Positions 26,838 through 40,450 are shown, numbered from the stretch's first letter. The stretch is 64,000 bases of DNA from Camelus dromedarius (GCF_036321535.1 NC_087436.1:17608001-17672000); one strand, 5' to 3'. Numbers and translations: made by a program. Notes: generated by a model not told the origin, from the sequence alone.

Positions 26838-26955
26838 AGACTGAAAACTTCATAATGACAGGGACCATTATTATCTTATTCACCCCCTCATCCCTAGTAC
26901 GGTATCTGGTACAGAACATGCGGTCAGTAAATGCACAGTGAACCCATTAATGAAT
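26838..26955 (+). mobile_element. LINE-2 3' end
   Basis: 'agactgaaaacttcat...cagggacca...cttattcacc...tccctagtac...tctggtacaga...tcagtaaat'. Confidence 0.65.
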
Positions 26956-27629
26956 TAACTAGGTAATTAGGTTCAAACATCTACCAGTAAAATTAAAATG
27001 GAAGAAAGGTTTCTGTCAAAGATTGTCAAAAAAGATGGCCAAATATAATCTGAACCCAAGCAGTACACTGAACACAGCCCAGGGATATTTTGAATGACTT
27101 CCTAACAATCAAACTACCTATACAGAGGCATGGATAATTATTTAAACAGCTAGCAATCTCAGTAAAAAAAAAAAATCATTTTTGCAAAAACAGAATCTGA
27201 ATCATAAATATTCGCACTTCAATTTGTTTAGTATTCCTATTTTATTCTGTTACAGGCTGATGTGACTTTTAAAATTGTATTTCACCCAGTTCCAGAACAA
27301 AAAAGCTTTCTAACCACGTTCTAATCCCAAATGTACTTCTAGCACTCTTGGGTTGATGAACATATTTAATTACCATACTCCTTATCACCCCTCATGTTTC
27401 CATCCGTAGAGATTCCTTTGTTGATCTGCTTCAGTCTGTTTCTGAGAAAAGGCTTTTTCCTCCCAAGGGAAGAAGAAGGACCAGATGTAGAAAGATCCAC
27501 AGGCAGAGCTCAGAAGTTGCCCTTGATGTATCAAGAAACAAAACAAGCCATGAAACAAAAGCTAAACTGTTGGACTTGACACCCCTTGTTCTCCGTTCCT
27601 TCATCTGAGTCTCCCTTTCATACTTTCAC

Positions 27630-29330
27630 ACGCTAGTCCCCTGAAACCCCACATTAGTTTTACTACCCAGATGTGCATTTCTGATGCTTTAGCACGTGCG
27701 TTTAAGTACAAAATTTGTATGTATATAATAAGTATTTTTGTAAAGAAAATTATACCATACACGTCCTGAAAACGTCATTTTTTTCCCACTTGAAATGATG
27801 TCTTATATATATTTTCTAAATCCTTTTAAAATGTGGCAGAATATCCATTACATAAAGCTGATATTTAACCATTTCATTATTGATTTACATTTAGGCTAGT
27901 CTTAATTATTCTCAATTACAAGCTCTGCTTAGGTGAATATCTAAGTACATATATCTGCACCTGTGTGCACAGAGGTTAAAACTTGGTTCAAATGTTAAAT
28001 TTGGGTTTTTTTTTAATTTGATAAAGATGTTCAAAGTTTCTTCAAGAGGCTTAACCAATTCGTACTCCCACAAACAGTGTGTTCAGGGTCACCATTTCCC
28101 AACAAATTCACCAGTCCTGGATATTATCACACTTGTTCCCTTTTTTCTCCTTTGGGGGAGACGTTACATACATCACAGCTGTTCTAATTCATTTCCCTGA
28201 CTTTCATAGCAGAGTTAGTATTATTTCAAAAGTTCATACATTTATTTGTGTTTTATGTTTTACTCTTCTCTTTATCGAGCGATTTAAATTCTTATTAGTT
28301 TTTATATACTCTTTGTTATACACACATACATATTTTTATTTAAGCAATAATTTTATTATATACACGTATCTACATATTTTTAATTCTAGGCTACTGCTTG
28401 TCTTTTAAATTTGTTTACCTTTTAACATGTTTTTTTTTGTTTTGTTTATTGATTTATAAAAATCAAACTTCTCTTTTTTTTTCCTTTTTAGATTCTAGAT
28501 TTTTCTGCCTTATTTAGGAAGGCATTCCTCAGATAAACTCAAAGGCCACCTTTATTATATATATTAAATGTTTATATATGCATGAATTAATCTGAAGAAT
28601 ATATTTGAGTGCCATTAGTCTATTCATTTCTTTTGCATCAATGGCATTATATTTGTATTTATTACATATATTATATTTATATTCTATAGAAAGATTTATA
28701 TATATTTATATAATCATGTACTACATAACATGAAAACTATCATATGTAGTGTAACATATATAAATAATATGATAAAAGGATAAATCTTATGTGATTTATA
28801 CATAGAATGAAATTTTTAATTTATTGAATTAAACAGGATTTCTCATCTAGTGTGGAATACTACCACTTGTAGTGAATATTTTTGCCTTGTGCTTGGCTGT
28901 AATATGAACATTTCTAGTATTTTGCCATTAAGTAAAGCATGTACTTACGGTCTTTTATAAATACACATTGATTAAAGGATTTTCTCTGTATTTCCATATT
29001 GCTAAGAGATGTTATCAGGGATATGAATTTTTCAGTATCTATTGAGTGATCTCCTCCATACACACACTTTTAATTTGTTGATAGAATGAATCACACTGGG
29101 AACTTTCCTAATGTTGAACCATAGCTGCAAACCTGGGAATGAACCTCCTTGATTATGACATATGATGATTTAAATACTGATGCTTCAGTTTGCTGTTATT
29201 TTACTTTGGACTTTTGCATCTGAATCCATAAATAAACTTATCTTTCATTATCATTCTTGCATTTATCTTTTTCTGGAATCAGTAGTAGGACTTTTCCATC
29301 TTATAGAATGAGTTGGAAGCTAACCAATTC
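27630..29330 (-). mobile_element. Ancient L1 (L1ME-type) 3' region
   Basis: 'atttaaccatttcattattgat...catttaggc', 'ccaattcgtactcccacaaacagtgt', 'ttcctaatgttgaaccat...cctgggaatgaacc'. Confidence 0.7.
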
Positions 29331-29869
29331 TAAGCCCTGGGATAAGTATTATAGAATAATAGCACTCAAAACATATAGGGAAAGCTGTAAAGTTCACGAT
29401 ACATTTAATTCAAACACATAAAACAGATATTTAGTTTATGCCATTTGCCATCCAACCCTACTTCTAAGGATTAACAAAAAAGTTAATCAGGCATGACTAA
29501 AGGTTATGCCATAGACCCAAGAGATTTATAAACAAACCTATGACTACAGAATTTCTGGGACTTGAACTTCATTTTTGCAGCCTCATGGAGTCACAGGATC
29601 GAAAATAAAGCACAAGGTTAATCCAATTTACAACATCAATAAGAGATTCTTGTCAACCAATAATCTGGGACCTCAAGTGGCCACATCCTCAGTAAGAGTG
29701 AGTTAGCAGTAAGCTCATCCCTCCCTCCCCACCTCCAAGAGGCTACAAGAAAATCTGCCTTGGTATTAAGGGAAGCAAAAAGGATAAATCTTCCCTGAGA
29801 AGTTGTAATACATTTGTAGCTCAAATTTGTATCACTTGTGTGGTCCAAAAGACTTAAGACTATAAATTT

Positions 29870-31470
29870 AGTTTAAAATGGTCCCCAGACATAGTTCTCT
29901 CAGGTATATGGCAGAAACAAACAAATATACTTTCCAGATTTTTAGAGGAATTTGTCTTCATCCATGGACTCGAAAATTCCCATAAATAATTTCCCAAAGA
30001 AAATAAACAACTCAAGATTAAACCTTACTATGTACACATCAAATCAAGGCATTATGAGAAAAACAACAACCAAAAAAAGCCAAAACAAACTCAGATTTCA
30101 GATCTTTGAATAATTAGCTCTAAATTACTAAATGCCTTTTGAAGAGAAGAATTAACTTATCTGTGGGTGCTATAAAAAGTGACCCACAGACCTAAAAAAA
30201 AGAATAAAACAGATACTTTAGAAATAAAAAATATATTTGCTTTAATTTTAAAACTCAACTGATGTGTTTGTGAGCAGATTAAACATAGCTGAAAAAAATT
30301 AAGAACTGGAAGACAGGTCAGGAAGAATAAACTGTCTGCAATGCAATATAAAGAAGTAAAGAAGAGAGAGGAAATGAAAGAAAATTCAAGAGAGATTGAG
30401 GACACAGCATGTCAACATATTTTCTATCAAAGCTTCAGAAGGAAAGAGGGGGAGAATGAGGCAGAGACAATATCTGGGAAAATAATGGCTGAAAATATTC
30501 TAGAAATGATAAGAGACGTCAATCTACAGATTTAAAAAGCCGAACACATCCTCATCAGAAGAAATTTCACATTATTGAAAAGCAGCACAACACCAAAGAC
30601 AGAGATGATGTTAAAAAAAAAAAAAAAGGCAGAGGAAAAAAATTCTTTCAAGAAAGCAACAGACTGACATCTAATTTCTCAACAACTTCAATGAAACCAA
30701 AGCCAATGGAATGGTACTTTCAATGGGCAGAAAGCAAGTGACTGCCAATTGAGAACTCTGTGTCCAGAGAAAATATTTTTCAAAAGGGAAAAATAATGGC
30801 ATTTTTCTCATAAATAAAAACTGAGAAAGTTTTTCACTAGCAGACATTCAGTAATAACATTCTAGAAGATATTCCTCAGGTATGAGGAAAGTGATCCCAA
30901 ACAGGTCTGAGATACAAGAAAGAATAAACAGCAAAGAAATGAATATTTCAGCAAATCTAAGTGAGTTTTGACTATATAAAATCAACAATAGTAGTAATGT
31001 ACTGTGCAGTATAGAGAGATATAATTAAAATTCCTAGCAAAATAATACAAATCAAAAGGTGAGTAAAATGGAATTATAGGTTTTTAAGAGTTGTATTGTC
31101 TAGGAGAGAGATAAAGGTTTTGTTTGACATTAGACTTTTATGTATTAATTATTCACATTATAATTTCTAGGGAAACCGCTAAAGGAAAGGAAACATAATA
31201 TAGTATACAATTTCCAAAGTAGGAAAAGACAAGAAAAGAAAAGAAAATGCAGGACAGCTTGAAATATTAGTAATTACCCTAAGCCTAAATGCATAACATA
31301 TTTCAGTTAAAGGACAAAAAACTGTAGACTACATTTTTTAGAATTCTAACTGTATATTAATTATAAGAGTTACAACATAACAGAAAGAACCCAGAAATAC
31401 TGAAAATTAAAGTATGGGTAAAGATATGTCATAAAACACTAATCAAAGCTAAGTTGGTGTATTTTCATTC
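29870..31470 (+). mobile_element. Ancient L1 fragment, ORF1 through ORF2 start
   Basis: ORF 30341..30535 has an L1 ORF1p-like segment ('ENEAETISGKIMAENILEM...NLQI'). Flanking sequence includes 'gcagattaaacatagctgaa...gaactggaagacagg'. Confidence 0.75.
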
Positions 31471-33321
31471 ATTACCTTCCCAGGTGTTGCCTCTGCCTCA
31501 TTCTCTCTCCTTTCCTTCTAAGATCTCTGATAAAAAGTAAATAAATATATGATATAGAAACAAACAAGAAGTATAAATATACAGAGGATTTGAATAAAAT
31601 GGACAAAATGGGGGATCATTCTTTTTTACCTATATGGGTCTGTACCGTTTCAAATTTTTAAATAAAAATAAAAATATTCTTATAATTTGATTTTTGTTTC
31701 ATTACAAGAGCTGTCACCAACTACTCTAGCACTTATGTGTTCAAGCAAACATTTAGCTCCTTCCTACACCAGAGCACACAAGAGCTGTTTTTATTCACAC
31801 TTCGCAGGTTCAAGAGCAGGGTTCCCTGCCGCCCCATGCCAAATATAAGGGACACTCAGCCTCATCAGTGACAGCAGAGGCAAAGCCTTGAGGGCATGAG
31901 AACTGGGGAGCAACTCTAAGTCTGTGAAGTTTGGACTGGACCGACTAAAGGAAGACCTACAGCCAGGCAAATCTTATGAACACAAGTCAACATCCCTGGA
32001 AATTTCTGGAAGTAGGAAAAGGAATTCAAGGAAAGGAACTTCCTGATTTAAGGAAATGTATATTCGGATTTATCAAGATTTGGCTAAATATGTTAATGAA
32101 ATAACATCTGTGTTCACCATCCTACAACGCCTTCACCCACTTCCCTGGAATGTATCTGGAGAAATCTCAAATTCTAAAACTTAAAATGATGGGATGAAAA
32201 TGTAGCTCAGTCTGCTTGAGCAAATAAGGTATTGGATTTCATTTTGTAATTGAGATAAAACATTTGCAATAAGATATTAAGGCTTTTAAGGTTTTTTTTT
32301 CCCCCTTAAATTATATTCCCTTTACATCTTTTCACTCCCAAGCTGGAGCAAAGAGGCTGAATAGCAAAAGCACATGATAGGACTAGGGAGACAGAGTAAG
32401 AAGCTGTAACCTCTGCAGGTAGGCAAGAAATGACGTTGGACATTTAGGATAACATATAGTTTCAAGGGCTTACCACATATGGCAAAGTATGACCGGAAAG
32501 AAATCAAGCAGCAAACATAGGAAAAATCAGCCAAGTGTGGCAGTTTTTAGCGTGGACTTTGCTAAACTATTATGTTTTGGTCATAAGAGAACCACTACAG
32601 AAAGTAAGACTGGTCCTCACCCTCATTTTGTCTAAACAGATGGTCCATCTATGTGGAATTTCATTTAAGAAAGCATGCATTGTTTTTTAAGTGATCATTT
32701 TTAATTTTAAAACCACTTAGGAAAAGTAAATAGGCATAGACAATTTTTAATTGCCCCACTGAGTGTGGAAGCTCAGTTCAATAAAATTACATTGAACTCT
32801 CAGCATCACCATTTTTTTCATACCCTAGAAAATGTAATTCCCCATGACCATGATCTCTTGCTACATGCTAGAGCCCTTACAAGTACTTTATGTGCATAAT
32901 TGCAGCTGACACTCACAATAGCCTTTGGGTAGCAATACCATTTTTATATTCACTTTATAGACAATGAACCTTAGGCTTAGAGTGTTTTCAAAATTACATG
33001 AAGTAAAAAAAAAATAGTAACTGTCAGAATCAGAAATAGGGTGCAGTTTCTCTCCCTTCAAAGCCCAGGTTGTTACAAAGTCACAATACTTGAAAACAAT
33101 TAATAGTTGGTTTATCACATTTAAAGCATCTGGGCTACAAATAAGACATCTATTATCTGTCCTGTCATTTGTACAGGATCGTGAACATAAATCTCACTGA
33201 GAAAACAGTAATATTATAGGGTCAAGAGAAATTGGAGCCAAAAAAATTAAAATCTTCACCAAAATTCTAGATTGCTTACTAGTATTACTAGTTTGTTTTC
33301 TTAAAAGATTACCATGTCCTT

Positions 33322-33600
33322 TGAAAAAAAAAGCTATGGTTTCCAAAGGGGAAAGGGTGGGGAGGGATAAATTAGAGGTTGGGGATTAACAGACACATTA
33401 CTGTACAGAAAGTAGATAAAAAACAAGGACCTATTGTAGAGCACAGGGAACTATATTTAATTCCTTATAATAACATATAATGAAAAAGAATCTGAAAAGA
33501 AAAAAACATTTATAATATGTATATGTATAACTGAATTACTTTGTTGTATACCTGAAATTTACATTGTAAATCAACTACATTTCAATAAAAAAATTTTTTT
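33322..33600 (+). mobile_element. Short 5'-truncated artiodactyl L1 3' end with perfect 19-bp TSD
   Basis: L1 3' UTR text with TSD aaaagattaccatgtcctt at 33303-33321 and 33601-33619, at a TT/AAAA endonuclease site. Confidence 0.96.
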
Positions 33601-34146
33601 AAAAGATTACCATGTCCTTATGTATATAAAATATTTTTTTCCTTCAACTTAAGGGTTTTTTTTATTCTTTTTTCACTTTCCAAACACTCAAAGAAACTAA
33701 CAATCTCAAAAAAATGGTCAAAAGAATGGAAGAAAGAAAACTGAAGAGAACACCAAATGAAAACCCCACATGAAATTTGAACACCGTGTTTTATTGTCTT
33801 CAGAGGGAAAAGGGAGGGTCTTCCAAAATGCTAATATTGGCACAGCTTTCTGACTCATCCCTCTATCCCCCACAGCACCTGGCATATTGCTTTGCATAAT
33901 CAATATTTAAATGAATAGATGGATGCATATGAAGCTCAGAGCTCCAAAATGCTATATTTCAATTCTCCCCCTCAAATCTAACACCATACACTCACTATGT
34001 TTCTTGAAGCTTGATTACACTGAAATCAAAAACAGGATTTGGGCCTGATAAAGGGCGAAAATTACTTACTATTTTGAGGTTTCATATGATAGATACCCCA
34101 TCTTCAAGTGAATGTATTTGTTTGAGTACCATGTTATTTGCTTATG

Positions 34147-34679
34147 CTGTTCTGGTTATCTATATTGTTACTTAACAAACTACTCAGAATGTGGTGGCTT
34201 AAAACAATTTACTGTTTTTTCTTATGGTTCTATAGGTTGATTGGTTTAACTTGGGGTTTCTTATGTGGTTGCACTCCAGTGGCCACTGGGACTAGAGCCA
34301 TATGAAGCCTTGACTGGGCTGGACATCCAAGATGGCTCATTCTCATGGATGGTCACTGGATAATGGCTAACAACTGGGGCTAAGCCAGGATGTCAACTGG
34401 ACTTCCTACACATCTTCTCCATGTGTCTTGGACTTCTCACAGCAAGGCAGATTGATTCTGAGAGGAAGCATCTGAAAAGATCATGAAACTTCTTATAGCC
34501 TAGGCTCAGGGGCTGCAGAGCATCACTCTTGGCCCATTTTATTGGCCACACTCATCACTAAGCCCAGCCCAGACTCAGGGAGGTGGAAATTAGACTCCAT
34601 CTCTTGACACAAGGAGCAGCATCCATGTGCAAAGAAGGAAGGAACTGGTGGTGGCCATCAGCGGACGCTATCTAGGACA
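34147..34679 (-). mobile_element. MLT1-family MaLR solo LTR
   Basis: 'tgttctggttatcta...gtggcttaaaacaa', 'ctgggctggacatccaagatggctca', 'cccagcccagactcaggg...tagactccatctcttga', 'gtggccatc'. Confidence 0.85.
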
Positions 34680-35114
34680 AATGCCTAAAACTCACAGAAT
34701 TTTTAAAAGTTTTGCTGTAAACTGCTACATCTGGGAGTTGTGTTATATTAAAATTCATCAGGAAGTTCTTCTGGCATAACTGTGAACTGAGTATTTTCAT
34801 GGTTAAAAAAAAAAAGGATTTTGGTTGTATACAGACTTTCCCAAAAAACACAAAATTTCAAAACAACATTCATTGAAATAATTTGTCAAACTATAGAATA
34901 GTTTCTATGGTGAATAAAATTTCAAATGAGTATATTTCAGTTACTTCTAAGAAAACACATGAAACAATACCATGGTTATCTCCCAGCACTGAATCCCGTT
35001 CCTTCTTACGGGCAACTTTATACATTAAAAGTAAAATAAAGTCTTACCATTTCTCCTAGCTCTTAATGGGGAAAAAGTAAAGAATGGGTTGCTTTGCCCT
35101 GCTAATATATTCAA

Positions 35115-35340
35115 CAATTAGCAATAAGAAGAAAAGAGTGGGTACTTTTTATTGCCCACAATTTGTCAGGATTTGTTTTGTACATTAACTGAATCTTCAT
35201 AAAACCCCAAAAAGGTAGATATGATTGACTTCATTTTGCAAATAAAGAGACCGAAGTTCATTGAGGTTTAGAAACTTACCCAAGAAAATGGAAAGAACAG
35301 TGCTTGGGTCTTGAATTTTTTTCCTAAGTATCTTTTCTCA
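35115..35340 (-). mobile_element. MIR fragment
   Basis: 'aatcttcataaaaccc...aggtagat...cattttgcaaataaagagaccgaag...gaggtttagaaacttacccaag'. Confidence 0.65.
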
Positions 35341-35359
35341 TGGGCCAATGTGAGTGTAC

Positions 35360-35416
35360 GTGTGTGTGCATATGTGTGTCTGTCTGTGTGTGTGTGTGTG
35401 TGTGTGAGTGTGTGTG
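35360..35416. repeat. Imperfect (TG)n microsatellite
   Basis: Read directly from the sequence. Confidence 0.9.
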
Positions 35417-36604
35417 GAGAGAGAAGAGGGTATGTATGTAAAACAAGCTCTCCATAAAGAAGGAGGAAGTTCAGCAAAAATATATACCCATACAAAGGAG
35501 GGGAAAACAGAAAAGGAAAATGTGTTTACACTCCACTGGTTCATCTGACATACAAAAAGTGAAAAAGAAATATCTATATTCATATAGAAATCCTAGAAAT
35601 ATTGCTTCACTTTCACTGATTTGGGGAACAAAGTAATTCAAATGAGTGAGGAAAGACATGAAACAAATTTCTGTACAGGTGCACATTTGATGATGTGGCC
35701 ATTCTATACTTCTATCAATATACTAAAAGAATATTACAAGTAACATTGCTTTATATTACTTGCCTTTGTGACTAAGCCTTGATCTAACCTGGTAAAATAA
35801 ATAACTCAGTGGATAAATCTGAAATAAGGTTTGAACAATTTTTTTTTTTTTACTTGAACAAGGTTTAGAGCAATACTCTCACCTTTCTGGAAAAGAGGTT
35901 TAAATAAATTTAGAGCTTTCAGCAAAAGCCTAAAACCAAAGAAGACCAAAACATGGAACCTGAGTCTCAAAGATAGATGTATTGTGTTACTTAAATATTA
36001 GCACAGATGCACTCTTGAATGTGAAGCATTAAAATTTAAGTTGTTTATCTCTCAGACAGATTTAATTTAATATCATGCAAGGCAAATAGACCTTTGCTTA
36101 TTCTGGTAAAGCAGTGCTGAATCAAATGTAGCCACTGCCTGCTAAAGGACAAAAAAAGAAAAGAAAAAAATGTAACAGCAAACATTTGTGTGTATCTGGA
36201 GAACAAAGAAGATTTTAAGTATTTATGAAACAGTTTTTTAATTTCTTATGATTGTAACCTAAAACTATGCCAGTCTCTTGGATCTTTTCTGATGGACCAA
36301 TGTCTTGTAGAATAGACAATGGTAGCCGACATGGCTACCAAGGTCAAATCACTCGACGTTGTGTTGCACAATCTGTCTCGATAGCAATGTTGGCTTTAGT
36401 AAATGTTTCTTTTTTAAAAGGAGGGTTGTTTTTCCCCATATCTAATCCATAGTCACATCTGCAATGCCTGACATAAAATAAGGACTCAGTAGATGTCGTG
36501 TGAAAAAACTGACTGTACCCTGTATCATAGGGAGGCCAACATTAGACCATGTCCAAGGCTTCCTACTAATTTCTGAATGTTTTAGGAATTATATGTATAC
36601 ATAT

Positions 36605-37108
36605 TGTCAACTGGAAAAAATGCACAACCTAAAAGTTGAGAATTATGTCTTATTCAGGGCACATTTCTGAGGACTTAAGCCCAGGATGCTGCCTCTCAGA
36701 TAGCTCTGTGTGACAGCTTCAAAGAGGTAAGGGAGGAGCCACAATATATATGAATTTTTGCAACAAAGACCAGGTAGACAGAACATTAAAAGATTGCTGT
36801 TAATTAAAGAAAACCAGATATCTCAAGTTAAGTAATTTAGCACTTTTTTGTGTACGGGAAGGTGCAAAAGTCTGGGCTTTAATCATTCCTTTGATATGCA
36901 CCTGGCTCTCTAGGGCCAGTATCCTCTGCTTTCCCATACTGAGTTCCCTCAGGGGGCACTGTTGTGGGTGGCAGCAGAGGCTGGGCTGCCTGCTTATCTC
37001 CATCCTGAGTTCCCTCCACTCACTGTCAGGGGTGGCAGGAACAACTGATGACTTGATGGCCACAGCATCTTTGTTTACTGATATGGCAGGCAATATTTTT
37101 CATTCACA
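36605..37108 (-). mobile_element. ERV1-class solo LTR (cetartiodactyl type) with 4-bp TSD
   Basis: 504-bp unit bounded by TG...CA ('tgtcaact...cattcaca') and flanked by ATAT (36601-36604 and 37109-37112). TATA-like and poly(A)-like signals read on the minus strand. Confidence 0.85.
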
Positions 37109-38514
37109 ATATAATCACTAGATATATCAACACAGGTAATTTACACACATACTTTGGCCATTTTGACTCACTAGATCAAGCAAATCCTTCTAAACAAACT
37201 GGCTCATTAATGAACAATGCAGACTTATAGATGATTTTAACATTGCTGTTTCCCTGAACAACTTACATTAGATACGTCATCTTACTGCACCTGTTTATAA
37301 GATTTTTCCTGGAAAGCTGGCTTATAGATAAAATCACAAAGTGTGTGGAAGAATACATCCTTCTCTTCCTACGTTTAAAACTCACACAGCTCTATCTGAT
37401 TGTCATGTTTCATGAGCAGCCAGTGGTTTGAGACACAAGTCTTGCCTTTAACATAAATCTCTGATCTTAATGCCCAGCGCCACGGTCTCTAAAATTGGAG
37501 TCATTTAAAGGTTTGCCCACACCCTCTGTAAGATAAGAGACTGGCAGTATTAAATTCGTAGATAACCATTATGGTAGTAATCCCAAAACACTGTGTTTCT
37601 TAGCAACCTCTATTAAAGTAGGGTGGCATTTGCTGTACTTGAACTAGTCCACCTAATCAAATGTCCTGCCCCTTAATAGTAATCAACAAACAGGTATTTC
37701 TGAGGAAGAGAATTTTCTTTTTTTTTTTTTTTTACTGCTTAAAAAATAATATAGCATAAAAAAAAGCACTACCTGGAAAAGACTCTCAGTCCTAATTCTC
37801 ATAGGCAATAAATCCATATTTAGAAGCATTAAATAACCTTCCTCTTCTACCTCCACTGACTAGGCTGCAAGTGCCTAGTGGTGATCATAAAATTTTCCAG
37901 TACGTTTGAAGACTTAGACACAATAACTGCCTCAATAAACCTCACACAGGTCACCCAGCTTGCTCTCCAAGAACATTTCTTTCTCTTCTTTTAATCCAGT
38001 TTTGCTTTCTAAAAGATATTCTGGGCTACAAGATGTGGCTTCTCAGGCCAATAGGGTGCCAATTCTGTTCCTCGGCTTGGTTTATGCCTTGTTCTTGTGT
38101 AAGTCCACAACCTTTTCTTAAAGGCCATCAGTCAATCCCGTACGCCCTCGTTCAGATTTCATAAGTAGATACTAGTGTGAGTGAAAATGCTTTAATCTCA
38201 GAAGAGGTTGCCAACACTCTTTGGCTTTGACCGTGGGACTCCATGAAAGAATTCTCGAATGCTGGTGACTGAAGATCCCTAACATGGGAGAGCAAACATA
38301 CTGCTGATAGTATTGACTGCCAATCTCAATTATTATAGGAGCATTTAAGGTTTCTACTCAAAATGCTTTCCTTTTACCATCTGTTAATATACCTACTGCA
38401 TTTTAAAGAAAGCTTTGTAACGACAGTCGTACTCATCCTAGCACCATGCTGTATACAAAGAATCTACTCAGGAAGCTTTTTTTGTTTGCTTTTTTCTGTT
38501 TTTTGTAAAAAAAA

Positions 38515-39024
38515 AAAAACAAAAAAGAATACAACCCAATCAAAAGATGGGCAGAAGACCTAAATAGACATTTCTCCAAAGAAGACATCCAGATGGCCAA
38601 CAGGCACATGAAAGCTGCTCTGTATCACTAATTATCAGAGAAATGAAATCAAAACTACAATAAGGTGTCACCTCACACCAGTAAGAATGACCATCATTAA
38701 AAAGTCTACAAGTAATATATGCTGAAGAGGGTGTGGAGAAAAAGGAAACTTCCTATACTGTTGGTGGGAATGTAAATTGGTACAGCCACTGTGGAGGACA
38801 GTATGGAGGTTCCTTAAAAAACTAAAAGCAGAGTTACCATATGATCCAGCAATCCCACTCCTGGGTATATATCTGCAGAAAACTATAATTCAAAAAGACA
38901 CACGCATCCCAATGTTCATAGAAGCACTGTTTACAATAGCCAAGACATGGAAACAACCTAAATGTCCATCAGCAGATGATTGGATAAAGAATATGTGATG
39001 TGTGTGTGTGTGTGTGTGTGTATC

Positions 39025-39059
<35 letters not shown>

Positions 39060-39097
39060 GTGATGGAATATTATTCAGCCATAAAAAGAGTGAAGCA
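38515..39097 (+). mobile_element. L1 ORF2 C-terminal fragment lacking its 3' UTR
   Basis: ORF 38777..38998 reads '[30 protein letters not shown]...[10 protein letters not shown]'. The fragment stops abruptly at 'gccataaaaagagtgaa'. Confidence 0.95.
38999..39060. repeat. (TG)11-tatc-(CA)12-(TA)n compound microsatellite
   Basis: Read directly; lies inside the L1 fragment. Confidence 0.95.
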
Positions 39098-39379
39098 ATT
39101 GAGTTCACTTGTGTGGGCATTAACATCCTATAGGAAGCCCAAACAATAAGACACCAACTAAATTATCTAAAGGTTTAAAACTAAGCAATGTTTATCACAT
39201 TTTCTTTTCAAAAGCCAGAATAGTCTAAAATTCTTTCATTAAACTTTCCCACGTATAGATTTTCCAAAAGTAGTAGTAACACTAACAGAAAAAGCACAGG
39301 AGGTTTTTTGGTTTACATGAAATCGACGTATATGTACTTAATCTATTCTTCCTTAGCAGGAGATGTTTTAAAGGAAAGA

Positions 39380-39550
39380 ACTTAGTGAAACTGAATAAAA
39401 TTCAAATCCCACATTTTCCACTGACAAGAATAGTCCCTAGTTTTTACGAAGATGACAACACCTTGCATCAAGATTATAGGATTAAATGAGATGTACTAAA
39501 AGTCCCTAATAAAATGCCTAGCACACAGTAGATCTCAGTAGATGTTTATT
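39380..39550 (+). mobile_element. MIR fragment
   Basis: 'ttcaaatccc', 'aggattaaatgagat', 'aatgcctagcacacagtag...ctcagtagatgtt'. Confidence 0.6.
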
Positions 39551-40016
39551 GGTCTGTACTTAACCAAATTTGAAGATGGAAGAAATATTAGACAGAGATT
39601 CCGTATCCCACTCAGGTGGTTAGGCCAAGGCCTTAGAGAACTTGCCAAAAGATTTGCACCGAGATGTGGGTGGGCATAAACCCTATTCATCCTAAGAAAT
39701 ATCTTTAGATTTACATCAATCTGAGGAAACATATTAAAATTTCCTATTTCTTTCTGAAGTCTGATTCCCACCGAGTTAGTGAGCTTGTCATCCATAGATA
39801 AAGACTCACTCTCAAGTAGAATGAAAAATGTTTCTCTTCTATAATCAGAGACTCACCTCTGTATCCCCCCTAGTAACATCAGCCATCATGACTGTGGCTC
39901 CCTAGCAACCGTGTCTTTCTCTATCAGACAGCTTTATTTGAAACAATCTTCACTGGAGAAAAGGGAGTAGAAAAGAGTCTGCATAAAAAAATTTTTTTTG
40001 AAAACATGAAATATCC

Positions 40017-40450
40017 TGGATGTATCTAGAGATAATCATACTAAGTGATGTAAGTCAGGCAGAGAAAGACAAATACCATATGAGATCACTTATATGTGGA
40101 TCTAAAAAAAAAGTGACACAAATGAACTTATTTACAGAACAGAAACAGACTCACAGACATAGAAAACAAACTTATGGTTACCAAAGGGGAAAGGAGGGAG
40201 AAGAGGGATAAATTAGGAGTTTGGGATTAACAGATACACACTACTGGATATAAAATAGATAAACAAGAACCTACTGTACGGTACAAGGAACTATATTCAA
40301 TTTCTTCTAATAACATATAATGGAAAAGAATCTGAAAATGAATGTATGTGTGTGTGTGTGTGTGTGTATAACTGAATCACTATGCTGTACACCTGAAACT
40401 AACACAGCATTGTAAATCAACTATACTTCAAGAAAAAAAAGGAAAAAACC
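40017..40450 (+). mobile_element. 5'-truncated artiodactyl L1 3' end with TSD
   Basis: L1 ORF2 end and 3' UTR with an internal (TG)n and poly-A tail. TSD catgaaatatcc at 40005-40016 and 40451-40462. Confidence 0.95.

Noticed and set aside
27370..27560. Exon-like unique segment
   Set aside because: I tried both strands and all frames and found no consistent acceptor, donor and open-frame combination, nor a recognisable peptide.
31839..31850. CArG/SRF box
   Set aside because: CCAAATATAAGG has 8 A/T bases between CC and GG rather than the required 6.
13937..37788. Dispersed near-repeat CACTACCTGGAAA-(gt/a)-GACTCTCA at 13937-13959 and 37767-37788
   Set aside because: There are only two copies, the match is gapped and there is no flanking similarity. 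One such match is plausible by chance among all position pairs in 64 kb.
38515..40450. A single L1 split by a ~900-bp insertion (the first piece ends close to where the second begins)
   Set aside because: The second piece has its own 12-bp TSD and the spacer contains an ancient MIR, so two independent insertions is the simpler explanation.
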